DNA of 16,841 nucleotides from Armatimonadota bacterium (GCA_016235455.1 JACRKZ010000015.1:1-16841); one strand, 5' to 3'; shown: positions 1-8,337, counted from the stretch's first letter. Numbers and translations are program-made. The notes: generated from the sequence alone by a model not told the origin.

Positions 1-1293
1 ACCTGGTGCCGGCCGTTGGGCGTCAAGTCGTCGGGCCATCCGGCGGGGTCCTACAACGCCACGCCGCTCCAATCGCCGGGCGATGCGCTGCTCTTCTACA
101 AGCATCAGGGCTACCCGCTGACCGACTACATCCACTACTACCACCACGGCATCGAGGGCTTCAAGATCCCTGCCTCGGCCGCCTACAACTGGGACCGTGA
201 GCTGCTGGTCTGCGAAATCTACGGCAACTTCCACCAGAAGCTGCCCAACGACGGCGACATGCTCTACCGCGCGGGGATGGAGTGCTATGCGCGCGGGGTC
301 AACTACCTGCTGCCGCACGGCACCTGGTACGACGCAGAGAAGATGGCCATCGTGCCCGAGATCTCGTATCGCAATCCGGCCTATGCCGCCGAACTGCCGC
401 GGTTCAACCGCTGGGCCGCGCGCTGCGAGACGCTACTGCGTGGCGGACGCCATGTGGCCGACATCGGCGTGGTCTACCCCATCGCCGACCTGGCCGCGCG
501 CTACAGCGTGGCCGAGCAGCGGCCCAACTGGGGCTACGGCCCCTTGCCGGGCACGGACTACTACGAGATCATGCGCCTGCTCACCGGCGAACTGCGGCGC
601 GACTTCACGCTGTTGCACCCCGAGACGCTCGACCGGCGTTGCCGCGTGGACGGGCGTGAGCTGCTGCTCGACAACGAGACCAACTGGGAGCGCTACCGCG
701 TAGTGCTCCTTCCGGCCTGCCGCACCATCAGCGTGAGCAACCTGGCCAAGGTCAAAGCCTTCGCCGACGCCGGCGGCCAGGTGGTGGCCACCACCTGCCT
801 GCCCGAGCGCTCCGCCGAGTTTGGTCGCGACGCCGAGGTCAAGAAGCTGAGCGATGCGCTGTTCGGCCCCGGCGGGCGCGGGCTGTTCGTGCCCAAACCC
901 GACGAGCAGACGCTGGCCGCCGCGCTGGACAGCCTGGGCTTCGCCTGGGACGTGCGGCTGGACAACGTGCCCGCCATCCCGCGCGTGGGCCGCGGTGGCA
1001 AGGACCCCGCGGTCAACCAGTCGGCCACGTATGTGGACTGGTACGAAGGTGGAGGGCGCCAGTTCGCCTACATCCACCGTGTGCTCAACGGCGCTGATGT
1101 CTACTTCTTCGCCAACTCCAGCGCCCAGCCTGTAACCGCCGACGTGAGCCTGCGCGGTGCGCACACCCTCCAGGTGTGGGACCCGTATACGGGTGAGCGC
1201 ACACCGCTGCCAGCGCGGGTCCAGGCCGGCGTGACGCGCGCTCGGCTGGAGTTGCCGGCGCTGCGCAGTGTGTTCTGGGTGGACCGCGGCTGA
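1..1293 (+). CDS. GH106-like glycosyl hydrolase (alpha-L-rhamnosidase-related), C-terminal portion; 5' end lies outside the window
   Basis: Frame is open from base 1 (TWCRPLGVKSSGH...), so the start at 16 in the ORF track is a window-edge artefact. The motif order GH...D...K..ASAA...CEIYG...GVNYLLPH...ARCETLLRGGRHVADIGVVYP, then YRVVLLP and YIHR...DVYFFAN...VWDPYTGE, parallels the C-terminal two-thirds of the GH106 protein at 1546..5106. Strong GC3 codon bias. Confidence 0.75.
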   Translation, partial: TWCRPLGVKSSGHPAGSYNATPLQSPGDALLFYKHQGYPLTDYIHYYHHGIEGFKIPASAAYNWDRELLVCEIYGNFHQKLPNDGDMLYRAGMECYARGVNYLLPHGTWYDAEKMAIVPEISYRNPAYAAELPRFNRWAARCETLLRGGRHVADIGVVYPIADLAARYSVAEQRPNWGYGPLPGTDYYEIMRLLTGELRRDFTLLHPETLDRRCRVDGRELLLDNETNWERYRVVLLPACRTISVSNLAKVKAFADAGGQVVATTCLPERSAEFGRDAEVKKLSDALFGPGGRGLFVPKPDEQTLAAALDSLGFAWDVRLDNVPAIPRVGRGGKDPAVNQSATYVDWYEGGGRQFAYIHRVLNGADVYFFANSSAQPVTADVSLRGAHTLQVWDPYTGERTPLPARVQAGVTRARLELPALRSVFWVDRG

Positions 1294-1351
1294 CGACGCG
1301 CGGAATGGCGGCTCCACTCGGAGTCAGCCCGAACCAGTGCCGGACCGCCCA

Positions 1352-1481
1352 TGGGTCGCCTCTCGCCTTCAGGCGGAATGCAGCCGGATCGCGCCGGTGT
1401 TCCGCCTGAAGGCGGTATACCCAGGGCGCCGCAATAGCGTTCGAAGCTCGCCGAGCGCCGCCTGAAGGCGGAACAACAAAC
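1352..1481. repeat. Cluster of three REP-like palindromes (CCGCCT-GA-AGGCGG family)
   Basis: CGCCTTCAGGCGGAA (1364-1378) and TTCCGCCTGAAGGCG (1400-1414) form a perfect 15-bp inverted repeat, extended by TGGGT (1352-1356)/ACCCA (1419-1423). A third copy, CCGCCTGAAGGCGGAACAAC, lies at 1458-1477. Each unit is itself a short hairpin. Confidence 0.8.
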
Positions 1482-1495
1482 CCGCTGCAACGCGC

Positions 1496-1524
1496 TTGCG
1501 GGGCGCGCCTCGACATACCATACT
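1496..1524 (+). promoter_or_regulatory. Putative sigma70 promoter for the GH106 gene
   Basis: TTGCGG (1496-1501), 17-nt spacer, CATACT (1519-1524), ending 21 nt upstream of ATG 1546. Confidence 0.4.
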
Positions 1525-1545
1525 GGGCTTGACCGGGGATCCACC

Positions 1546-4500
1546 ATGCCCAAGCGCTCCCTCTGGCTGCTCCTCTGCCTGGCCTGTGCCGCGAGCTGGC
1601 TGCCGGCCCAGGACCTGGCCGCGGGCTTCCGTCAGCCGCCGGCCGACGCCAAGCCGTGGGTCTACTGGTTCTGGCTCAACGGCAACATCAGCCGCGAGGG
1701 CATCAAGGCCGATCTCGAGGCCATGGCGCGCGTGGGCATTGGCGGCGTGCTGATCATGGAGGTCGACCAGGGCGCGCCCGACGGGCCGGCGCCGTTCGCC
1801 TCGGCCACCTGGCGCGAGCTCTTCCGGTACATGTGCGGCGAGGCCCAGCGCCTGGGCATCGCGGTCAACATGAACAACGATGCCGGCTGGTGCGGCAGCG
1901 GCGGGCCATGGATCTCGCCCGAGCTGTCCATGCAGACGCTGGTCTGGACCGAAACCAAGGTCCATGGCACCGGGGCGGCCGTCGACATCACGCTGCCGCG
2001 GCCCCGGGCGAATCACAACTACTACCGCGACGTGACCGTGCTGGCGCTGCCACAACCGGCCGACGACGCCTATCGCATCGCCGACATTGCCGGCCGGTCG
2101 GGCGCCGACCTGCGCCATCTGCCGAACACCGTCATCTACCCGACTGCTCCGGCCGGCGCCGTCGTGCCGCGCGAGCAGGTGCGCGACCTGACCGCCAACA
2201 TGGACGCCGCGGGCCGGCTGACCTGGACCGCGCCGGGCGGCGACTGGCTGGTGCTGCGCCTGGGCCACACCACCACTGGCGCCATGTGCGCGCCGGCGCC
2301 GGCGGCGGGCCGTGGGCTGGAGTGTGACAAGCTCAGCAAGACAGCCGTCAAAGCGCATTTCGATGGGCTGATGGGCAAACTGTGCGACGATGTCGGCCCG
2401 CTGGCGGGCAAGACCCTGGTGCGCACGCACATCGACTCCTGGGAGGTCGGCTGCCAGAACTGGAGCAAGGACTTCCGCGCCGATTTCCAGCGGCTGCGCG
2501 GCTACGACCCGCTGCCCTGGCTGCCTGTCGTGACTGGCCGCGTGCTCGACAGCCAGGAGGCCAGCGAGCGCTTCCTGTGGGACTTCCGGCGCACCATCAG
2601 CGACCTGATCACCGACAATTACGCGGGTGAGTTCGCCCGACTGGCGCACGCGCGCGGACTGGAGTTCTCGCTGGAGGGCTATGGCGAACCGGCCGACGAC
2701 CTCTACTACGCCAGTCGCGCCGACGAGCCCATGGCTGAGTTCTGGTCGTATGGTGCCTATGGGGCGGCCAACACCTGCACGGTCATGTCTGGCGCGGCGC
2801 ATGTCTACGGGCGCCGCATCCTCGGCGCCGAAGCGTTCACCGCCACCGATGCGGAGAAGTGGCAGGCCTTCCCCGGCTCGATCAAGGCCATCGGCGACTG
2901 GGCCTTCTGCGAGGGCATCAACCGCTTCGTCTTCCACCGCTACGCGCTGCAGCCGTGGGTCAACCGCCCACCGGGCATGTCCATGGGCCCGTGGGGCCTG
3001 CACTATGAGCGCACCAACACCTGGTGGAACGACACCGGCGCCTGGCACCGCTACCTGGCCCGTTGCCAGCATCTGCTGCGGCAGGGCGTGTGGGCCGCGG
3101 ACATCCTCTACGTGGCGCCCGAAGGCGCGCCGGCGCATTACATCGCGCCCATGCGGCGACCCAACGGGCTGGACCGGCCCGGCTACAGCTTCGATCTGGC
3201 GCCGTCCCAGGCGCTCGTCGAGCGCGTCGCCGTTAAGGACAAGCGCATCGTGCTGCCCGACGGCGTCAGCTATCGCGTGCTGTCGCTGGCCGGCGGCGGC
3301 GCCTACACGCCAGCGCTGCTGCGCCGGGTGAAGGAACTGCTGATCGCTGGCGCCACGGTGGTTGGCGAGCGACCGCGCAAGTCGCCCAGCCTGGCGGGCT
3401 ACCCGGCCTGCGACGCCGAGGTGACCGCGCTGGCCGACGAGCTGTGGGGGCCGGGCACCGGGCCCGTCGACCGCGCGGTGGGCGCTGGCCGGCTGGTCAG
3501 CGGGCGCGACGCCCAGACCGTGCTGGCCGACGACGGCGTGGCGCCCGACTTCGCTTCGGCCGACCGTCGCGGCGACCAGTCGCTGCGCTTCGCGCACCGG
3601 CGGGTCGGCGCGACCGACCTGTACTTCGTGGCCAATCGCCTGCCCTACCCGGTCGAGGCCGTGGCCAGCTTCCGCGTGAGCGGCCGGCGGCCGGAGTTGT
3701 GGTGGGCCGAGGACGGCCGCATGACCCAGCCGGCCATGTGGCGCGAGGAGCAGGGCGTCACGCGCCTGCCGCTGCGGCTCGATGCCACGCAGTCGGTGTT
3801 CGTCGTGTTCGCCCAGCCCAGCGCCGGCGCCAACCCCGTAGTCACCGTGAGCCATGGCGGCCAGACCTGGGGCGCGGTGCCCACGCCGCCGCCACCGTTG
3901 ACCATCCTGCGGGCCACCTACGGCCCGGCGGGTGACGCGGCGCGCACCATCGACGTCACCGACCGCGTCAAGGCGCTGACCGCCGGCGGCGTGCGCAGCT
4001 TCCAGGTATCGCGTCTCGCCGAAGGCGGCGATCCCGCCTACATGGTGCTCAAGACCGCGGTCATCGCCTACGAGGTGGCCGGCCAGAGCGGCGAAGTGCG
4101 CGGCACGGACCCCGAGACCATCACTTTCGGCGGGCCGGCGGTGCCCATCGAGGTGGTTCGGGCCAGCTACGGGCCCGAGGGTGACGCCGCGCGCACCATC
4201 GACGTGGCAGCCAAGGTGCGAACGCTGGCGCAGGCTGGGCAGAGCAGCTTCGCCGTGACCGACCTGGCCCAACCGGTCGATCCGGCGCCGCAGGTGGTCA
4301 AGACGCTGGTGCTCGAGTACAGGATCTCCGGCAAGACTATCAGCGAGACGCTGCGCGACGGCGACCAGGTGCTGCTGCAAGGTGCCGATGCCGGCGTGCG
4401 CGCCGTACGCGCCGTGACCCGAGGCGCCGAGGGTGGCGTCGTGGCCGAGGTCGAGGAGCCGGGCGCCTATGACCTGGCCCTGGCCGACGGCAAGGTGCGC

Positions 4501-5106
4501 CATGTCGAGGTGCCGGCCTGGTCGGCCGAACTGCCCGTGGCCGGGCCCTGGTCGCTGCGCTTCGCGCCGGGCGGCGGCGCACCGGCCCAGGTCAAGCTGG
4601 CCCGGCTGCTCTCCTGGAGCCAGCATGACGATCCCGGTGTGCGCTACTTCTCCGGGTCTGGCACCTACGCCACCACGGTCACCGTGCCCGCCGCCGCGCT
4701 CGGCGCCAACCGGCGCGTCTACCTCGACCTGGGCCGCGTGGCGGTCATGGCCGCGGTCAGGCTGAACGGCAAGGACCTGGGCGTGCTGTGGAAGGCGCCC
4801 TACCGCGTGGATGTCACCGGCGTGGCCAAGGCCGGCGCCAATGCGCTGGAAGTGCGCGTGGTCAACCAGTGGATCAACCGCCAGATTGGCGACGAGCAAC
4901 TGCCCGACGACAGTGACCGCCACGGCAACGGCACGCTCCGGGCCTGGCCCGAATGGTTGGCGGGCACCAAGCCCAGCCCCACCGGGCGCATCACGTTCAC
5001 CAGTTGGCGGCTGTGGCGCAAGGACTCACCGTTGGCGGAATCCGGCCTGCTGGGACCCGTGACCTTGCGCACGACGACGCTGGTCGCGGTGCCGGGCGCC
5101 GGCTGA
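1546..5106 (+). CDS. Exported GH106 family alpha-L-rhamnosidase with tandem DUF3395/SUEL-like insert and C-terminal GH2_N-like sugar-binding domain
   Basis: Signal peptide MPKRSLWLLLCLACAASWLPA. Typical GH106 motifs: KPWVYWFWLNGNISREGIKADLEAM, GWCGSGGPWI, GLECDKL, HIDSWE, PMAEFW, GAEAFT, GINRFVFH, HYERTNTWW, YLARCQHLLRQG. C-terminal YFSG..Y, LDLGRV...VRLNG..LGVLWKAPY, ESGLLGPV. Confidence 0.92.
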   Translation: MPKRSLWLLLCLACAASWLPAQDLAAGFRQPPADAKPWVYWFWLNGNISREGIKADLEAMARVGIGGVLIMEVDQGAPDGPAPFASATWRELFRYMCGEAQRLGIAVNMNNDAGWCGSGGPWISPELSMQTLVWTETKVHGTGAAVDITLPRPRANHNYYRDVTVLALPQPADDAYRIADIAGRSGADLRHLPNTVIYPTAPAGAVVPREQVRDLTANMDAAGRLTWTAPGGDWLVLRLGHTTTGAMCAPAPAAGRGLECDKLSKTAVKAHFDGLMGKLCDDVGPLAGKTLVRTHIDSWEVGCQNWSKDFRADFQRLRGYDPLPWLPVVTGRVLDSQEASERFLWDFRRTISDLITDNYAGEFARLAHARGLEFSLEGYGEPADDLYYASRADEPMAEFWSYGAYGAANTCTVMSGAAHVYGRRILGAEAFTATDAEKWQAFPGSIKAIGDWAFCEGINRFVFHRYALQPWVNRPPGMSMGPWGLHYERTNTWWNDTGAWHRYLARCQHLLRQGVWAADILYVAPEGAPAHYIAPMRRPNGLDRPGYSFDLAPSQALVERVAVKDKRIVLPDGVSYRVLSLAGGGAYTPALLRRVKELLIAGATVVGERPRKSPSLAGYPACDAEVTALADELWGPGTGPVDRAVGAGRLVSGRDAQTVLADDGVAPDFASADRRGDQSLRFAHRRVGATDLYFVANRLPYPVEAVASFRVSGRRPELWWAEDGRMTQPAMWREEQGVTRLPLRLDATQSVFVVFAQPSAGANPVVTVSHGGQTWGAVPTPPPPLTILRATYGPAGDAARTIDVTDRVKALTAGGVRSFQVSRLAEGGDPAYMVLKTAVIAYEVAGQSGEVRGTDPETITFGGPAVPIEVVRASYGPEGDAARTIDVAAKVRTLAQAGQSSFAVTDLAQPVDPAPQVVKTLVLEYRISGKTISETLRDGDQVLLQGADAGVRAVRAVTRGAEGGVVAEVEEPGAYDLALADGKVRHVEVPAWSAELPVAGPWSLRFAPGGGAPAQVKLARLLSWSQHDDPGVRYFSGSGTYATTVTVPAAALGANRRVYLDLGRVAVMAAVRLNGKDLGVLWKAPYRVDVTGVAKAGANALEVRVVNQWINRQIGDEQLPDDSDRHGNGTLRAWPEWLAGTKPSPTGRITFTSWRLWRKDSPLAESGLLGPVTLRTTTLVAVPGAG
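3898..4377 (+). repeat. Intragenic tandem duplication: two ~77-aa DUF3395/SUEL-lectin-like modules, 249-nt (83-aa) period
   Basis: Unit 1 (3898-4128): LTILRATYGPAGDAARTIDV...GGDPAYMVLKTAVIAY. Unit 2 (4147-4377): IEVVRASYGPEGDAARTIDV...VDPAPQVVKTLVLEY. DNA at 3910-3956 vs 4159-4205 matches at 42/47 positions. Confidence 0.85.
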
Positions 5107-5166
5107 GGCCGGACGCGTTGTTCGTTGTGCCGGCACTGCCGGGATGGCGAGTCCACTGGCTCAGCG

Positions 5167-5305
5167 TCGCCAGTGCTGGTACGCCAATCTCCAGATTGGC
5201 ATCGGCCGGAGGCGTAGCCGCAGGTCGACATCGCGGCGGACCGTCGGCAACCGGTGTTCCTGCGGACCGCTGCCAATCTGGAGGCTGGCGTGCCGGCACT
5301 GGCGG
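5167..5305. repeat. REPIN-like long inverted repeat (GCCAATCT-CC-AGATTGGC family)
   Basis: Arm 1 TCGCCAGTGCTGGTACGCCAATCTCCAGATTGGCA (5167-5201) and arm 2 TGCCAATCTGGAGGCTGGCGTGCCGGCACTGGCGG (5271-5305) are reverse complements at 30/35 positions. Inner pairing CCGCAGG (5218-5224)/CCTGCGG (5259-5265). Arm 1 contains its own 8-bp hairpin. Confidence 0.8.
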
Positions 5306-5325
5306 CAGATCACGCGAGGCAAAGC

Positions 5326-8286
5326 ATGAAGTCGACACTCAACCCGGTCGTCTGGGCCTTGGTGGCTGCGTTGTCCGGCGCTCAGGCGGCGCCTTATGAC
5401 GCCTGGGCGCATGCCGCCTCGTTCTACGTGCTGACCACGCCCGACGGCGCCGATCTACCGGCGGACGTCGTCGAGCGCGGATTCCCGCTGCTGGTGCGGC
5501 TCCAGCGCGACACCTTCGACTTCGGGCAGGCGCGGCCAGACGGCGGCGACCTACGCTTCTCGACCGCCGACGGCACGCCGCTGCCCTACCAGATCGACCA
5601 GTGGCAGCCGGCGCTGGGCACAGCCTGCATCTGGGTACGCCTGCCGATCCTGCGCGGCAACGAGCGACAGGAGTTGCGGCTGCACTGGGGCAAGGCCGAC
5701 GCGGTCAGCGAATCGGTCGGCGCGGCCGTGTTCGCCGCGGACAACGGCTACGCCAGCGTCTGGCATCTGGGCGAGCGCGTGGCCGACGAGGTGGGCACGC
5801 TGACCTCGCGCGATGTCGGGACGACACTGGTGCCGGGCATCGTCGGCACCGCCCGCCACCTGGCCGGGCGGCAGGGCATCTTCGGCGGCGACCGCATCGC
5901 GGACTACCCGTCAGGCGCCGCGCCGCACAGCACCGAGGCCTGGTTCCGCGCCGAGCGGCCCAACACCACGATCATCGGCTGGGGCAACGAAGGCGGCGGC
6001 CAGGGCAGCAAGGTGCGCATGATCAACCAGAGCCCGCCGCACATCCGCATCGACAGCGATTTTGCCGATGTGCGCGGCACGCAGCGCGTGCCGCTGTCGG
6101 CCTGGACGCATGTCGTCCACACCTACGACGGCGGCACCGGCCGCATCTACGTCAACGGCCGGCTGGACGCCTCGGCCACTCCCAAGCTGAACATCAAGAG
6201 CCCGTCGCGGCTGTGGCTGGGTGGCTGGTACGACAACTACGACTTCGTGGGCGACCTGGACGAAGTGCGCATCTCGCGCGTGGCCCGCTCGGCGGCTTGG
6301 ATCCGGCTCGAGTACGAGAACCAGAAGCCCCTGGGCAGCCTCGTCGGCCCGCCGGTCCAGCCTGGCCAGATGTTCAGCGTGAGCCCGACGCGGGCGACCG
6401 TGAACGAGGGCGGGAGCGTGAGCTTCGACGCCCAGGCCGGTGGCGCGCTCAAGCTGGCGTGGGTGCTCCGGCGTGACGGCGCCGAGCAGATCGTCGCCGT
6501 CGACCGCCTGCACGTCGCGGTCGACGCGGGCCGGGTCAGCGGCGACCAGACGGCCACGCTGCAGCTGCGCGCGGCCTATCCCGACGGCCTCAAGACGGTC
6601 GATGTACCCATCGCCATTCGCGAGACCATCCCCGACCCGCTGTTCACGCTGCGCGCGCCGGCGCGCTGGGACGGACGCCAGACCATTGAACTGGTGCCGG
6701 AGTTGCTCAACAAGCCCGGGTCGGTGCAGACCACCTGGCGCATCGACGGCTTGGCCGTGGCCAAGGAGGCGCTGCCCGGCCGGCTGCGGCTGACCCGCGC
6801 GCTGGGCAGCGGCGCGATGACCGTCACCGCCACGCTGACCAACGGCGGCCGGCCCGTCTCGCGGTCGGTGACGTTGGCCGTGACCGAGCCGCCGCGCGAC
6901 GCCTGGGTGGTCCGCGGGCCGGACAAGGATGAGCAGCCCGAAGACAATCAGTTCTACGCCCGCGACGACCGGGGCGAAGGTACGCTGCACTACCGCGGCA
7001 CGCTGACCGAGCCCGCCGACACGGTCTTCCTGCGGGTGCTGGCCGACGGCCAGCCCTATCGCGCCGAGTCGCACAAGATCGGCGCCGATCGCGCCTACGC
7101 CTTCGCCGTGCGGCTCCGGCCAGGCCTGGTCCACTACTCGGTCGAGCTCGGCAGCAACACCGTCGGCGGCGAGAAGGTGCTGCGCCGGGTGAGCAACCTG
7201 GTCTGCGGCGATGCCTACCTGATCGATGGCCAGTCCAACGCCGTGGCCACCGACTGGGGCCGCGAGGAGCCCACCTTCCATAGCGAGTGGATCCGCTCGT
7301 ACGGCAGCATGTCGGGCAGCCCGCAGGGCCTGCGGCTGTGGGGCGAAGCCTGCTACCGCAGCCGCGACGGCGAGAAGCTGCAGATCGGCTACTGGGGCAT
7401 GGAACTGGCCAAACGGCTGCTCGAAAACCACAAGGTGCCCATCTGCATCCTCAACGGCGCCGTGGGCGGCACGCGCATCGACATGCATCAGCGCAACGCG
7501 GCCAACCCCGAGGACATGACCACCATCTACGGCCGGCTGCTGTGGCGCGTGCGCCAGGCCCGACTGACCCATGGCATCCGCGGTATCTTCTGGCACCAAG
7601 GCGAGAACGACCAGGGCGCCGACGGGCCCACGGGCGGGTTCGGCTGGGAGACCTACCGCCAGTACTTCATCGATATGGCCGCTGCCTGGCAGCAGGACTA
7701 CCCCAACGTCGGGCACTGCTACCTGTTCCAGATCTGGCCCAAGTCTTGCGCCATGGGCGTCGACGGCTCGGACAACCGTCTGCGCGAGGTGCAGCGCACC
7801 TTGCCGGGCGCTTTCTCCAAGCTCGGCATCATGAGCACCCTGGGCATCGAACCGCCCGGCGGATGCCACTATCCCGCCGAGGGCTACGCCGAAATCGCTC
7901 GGCTGATCTACCCGTTGGTAGCCCGCGACCACTACAGCGTCGTGCCGAAATCGTCCATCACGCCGCCCAACCTGGTCAGCGTCAGCTGGACCAGTGACCG
8001 GCACGACGCTGTCCGCCTGGTGTTCGACCAGCCGGTGGTGTGGCGCGATGCGCTGACCAGTCAGTTCTACCTGGACGGGCAGCGCGGTCAGGTGACCGCT
8101 GGCGCCGCGGCCGGCGGGGTGCTCACGCTGACGCTGGCGGCTCGTTCGAGCGCGGCGACCATCACCTACCTGGACAGCGCCAGCTGGAGCCAGGCCAACC
8201 TGCTGAAAGGTCAGAACAACATCGCCGCGCTGACGTTCTGCGAGGTGCCCATCGGCGAGGCGATCAAGGGACTCGACAAGCGCTGA
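5326..8286 (+). CDS. Exported multidomain protein: DUF2341 + LamG/concanavalin-like + probable Ig-like segments + SGNH (SASA/CE6-like) carbohydrate acetylesterase
   Basis: ATG 5326 follows GAGG (5316-5319) and opens a signal peptide (MKSTLNPVVWALVAALSGAQA). DUF2341: FPLLVRL..FDF.QARPDGGDLRF...LPYQIDQW...IWVRLP. LamG: WTHVVHTYDG...IYVNG...FVGDLDEVRIS. SGNH: GDAYLIDGQSN (GQSN at 7228-7239), NGAVGGT, WHQGEND, GGCHY (His at 7867-7869). Confidence 0.85.
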   Translation: MKSTLNPVVWALVAALSGAQAAPYDAWAHAASFYVLTTPDGADLPADVVERGFPLLVRLQRDTFDFGQARPDGGDLRFSTADGTPLPYQIDQWQPALGTACIWVRLPILRGNERQELRLHWGKADAVSESVGAAVFAADNGYASVWHLGERVADEVGTLTSRDVGTTLVPGIVGTARHLAGRQGIFGGDRIADYPSGAAPHSTEAWFRAERPNTTIIGWGNEGGGQGSKVRMINQSPPHIRIDSDFADVRGTQRVPLSAWTHVVHTYDGGTGRIYVNGRLDASATPKLNIKSPSRLWLGGWYDNYDFVGDLDEVRISRVARSAAWIRLEYENQKPLGSLVGPPVQPGQMFSVSPTRATVNEGGSVSFDAQAGGALKLAWVLRRDGAEQIVAVDRLHVAVDAGRVSGDQTATLQLRAAYPDGLKTVDVPIAIRETIPDPLFTLRAPARWDGRQTIELVPELLNKPGSVQTTWRIDGLAVAKEALPGRLRLTRALGSGAMTVTATLTNGGRPVSRSVTLAVTEPPRDAWVVRGPDKDEQPEDNQFYARDDRGEGTLHYRGTLTEPADTVFLRVLADGQPYRAESHKIGADRAYAFAVRLRPGLVHYSVELGSNTVGGEKVLRRVSNLVCGDAYLIDGQSNAVATDWGREEPTFHSEWIRSYGSMSGSPQGLRLWGEACYRSRDGEKLQIGYWGMELAKRLLENHKVPICILNGAVGGTRIDMHQRNAANPEDMTTIYGRLLWRVRQARLTHGIRGIFWHQGENDQGADGPTGGFGWETYRQYFIDMAAAWQQDYPNVGHCYLFQIWPKSCAMGVDGSDNRLREVQRTLPGAFSKLGIMSTLGIEPPGGCHYPAEGYAEIARLIYPLVARDHYSVVPKSSITPPNLVSVSWTSDRHDAVRLVFDQPVVWRDALTSQFYLDGQRGQVTAGAAAGGVLTLTLAARSSAATITYLDSASWSQANLLKGQNNIAALTFCEVPIGEAIKGLDKR

Positions 8287-8337
8287 GCGTGAACCAACAA
8301 TAGCCTTGCCGGCGTTTTGCCGGCCAGGAGGCTCGCC

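Noticed and set aside
1352-1481. Possible mini-CRISPR array
   Set aside because: Only three ~15-nt copies in mixed orientation with unequal spacing, and no cas genes. A REP-like element fits better.
1369-4923. 1184-aa ORF on the - strand
   Set aside because: Antisense shadow of the GH106 gene. High GC3 suppresses stops in the mirrored frame, and no protein motifs are recognisable.
5254-5325. Upstream GTG start for the DUF2341/esterase gene
   Set aside because: It runs through the inverted-repeat arm. ATG 5326 has an RBS and yields a proper signal peptide.
5107-5325. Possible riboswitch or known ncRNA
   Set aside because: I recognise no conserved riboswitch or tRNA motifs, and the structure is explained by paired palindromic repeats. 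An Rfam/Infernal search would settle it.
8308-8324. GCCGGC-GTTTT-GCCGGC hairpin beside the GH29 RBS
   Set aside because: Only a 6-bp stem of a hexamer that is very common in this GC-rich DNA, so it cannot be distinguished from chance.
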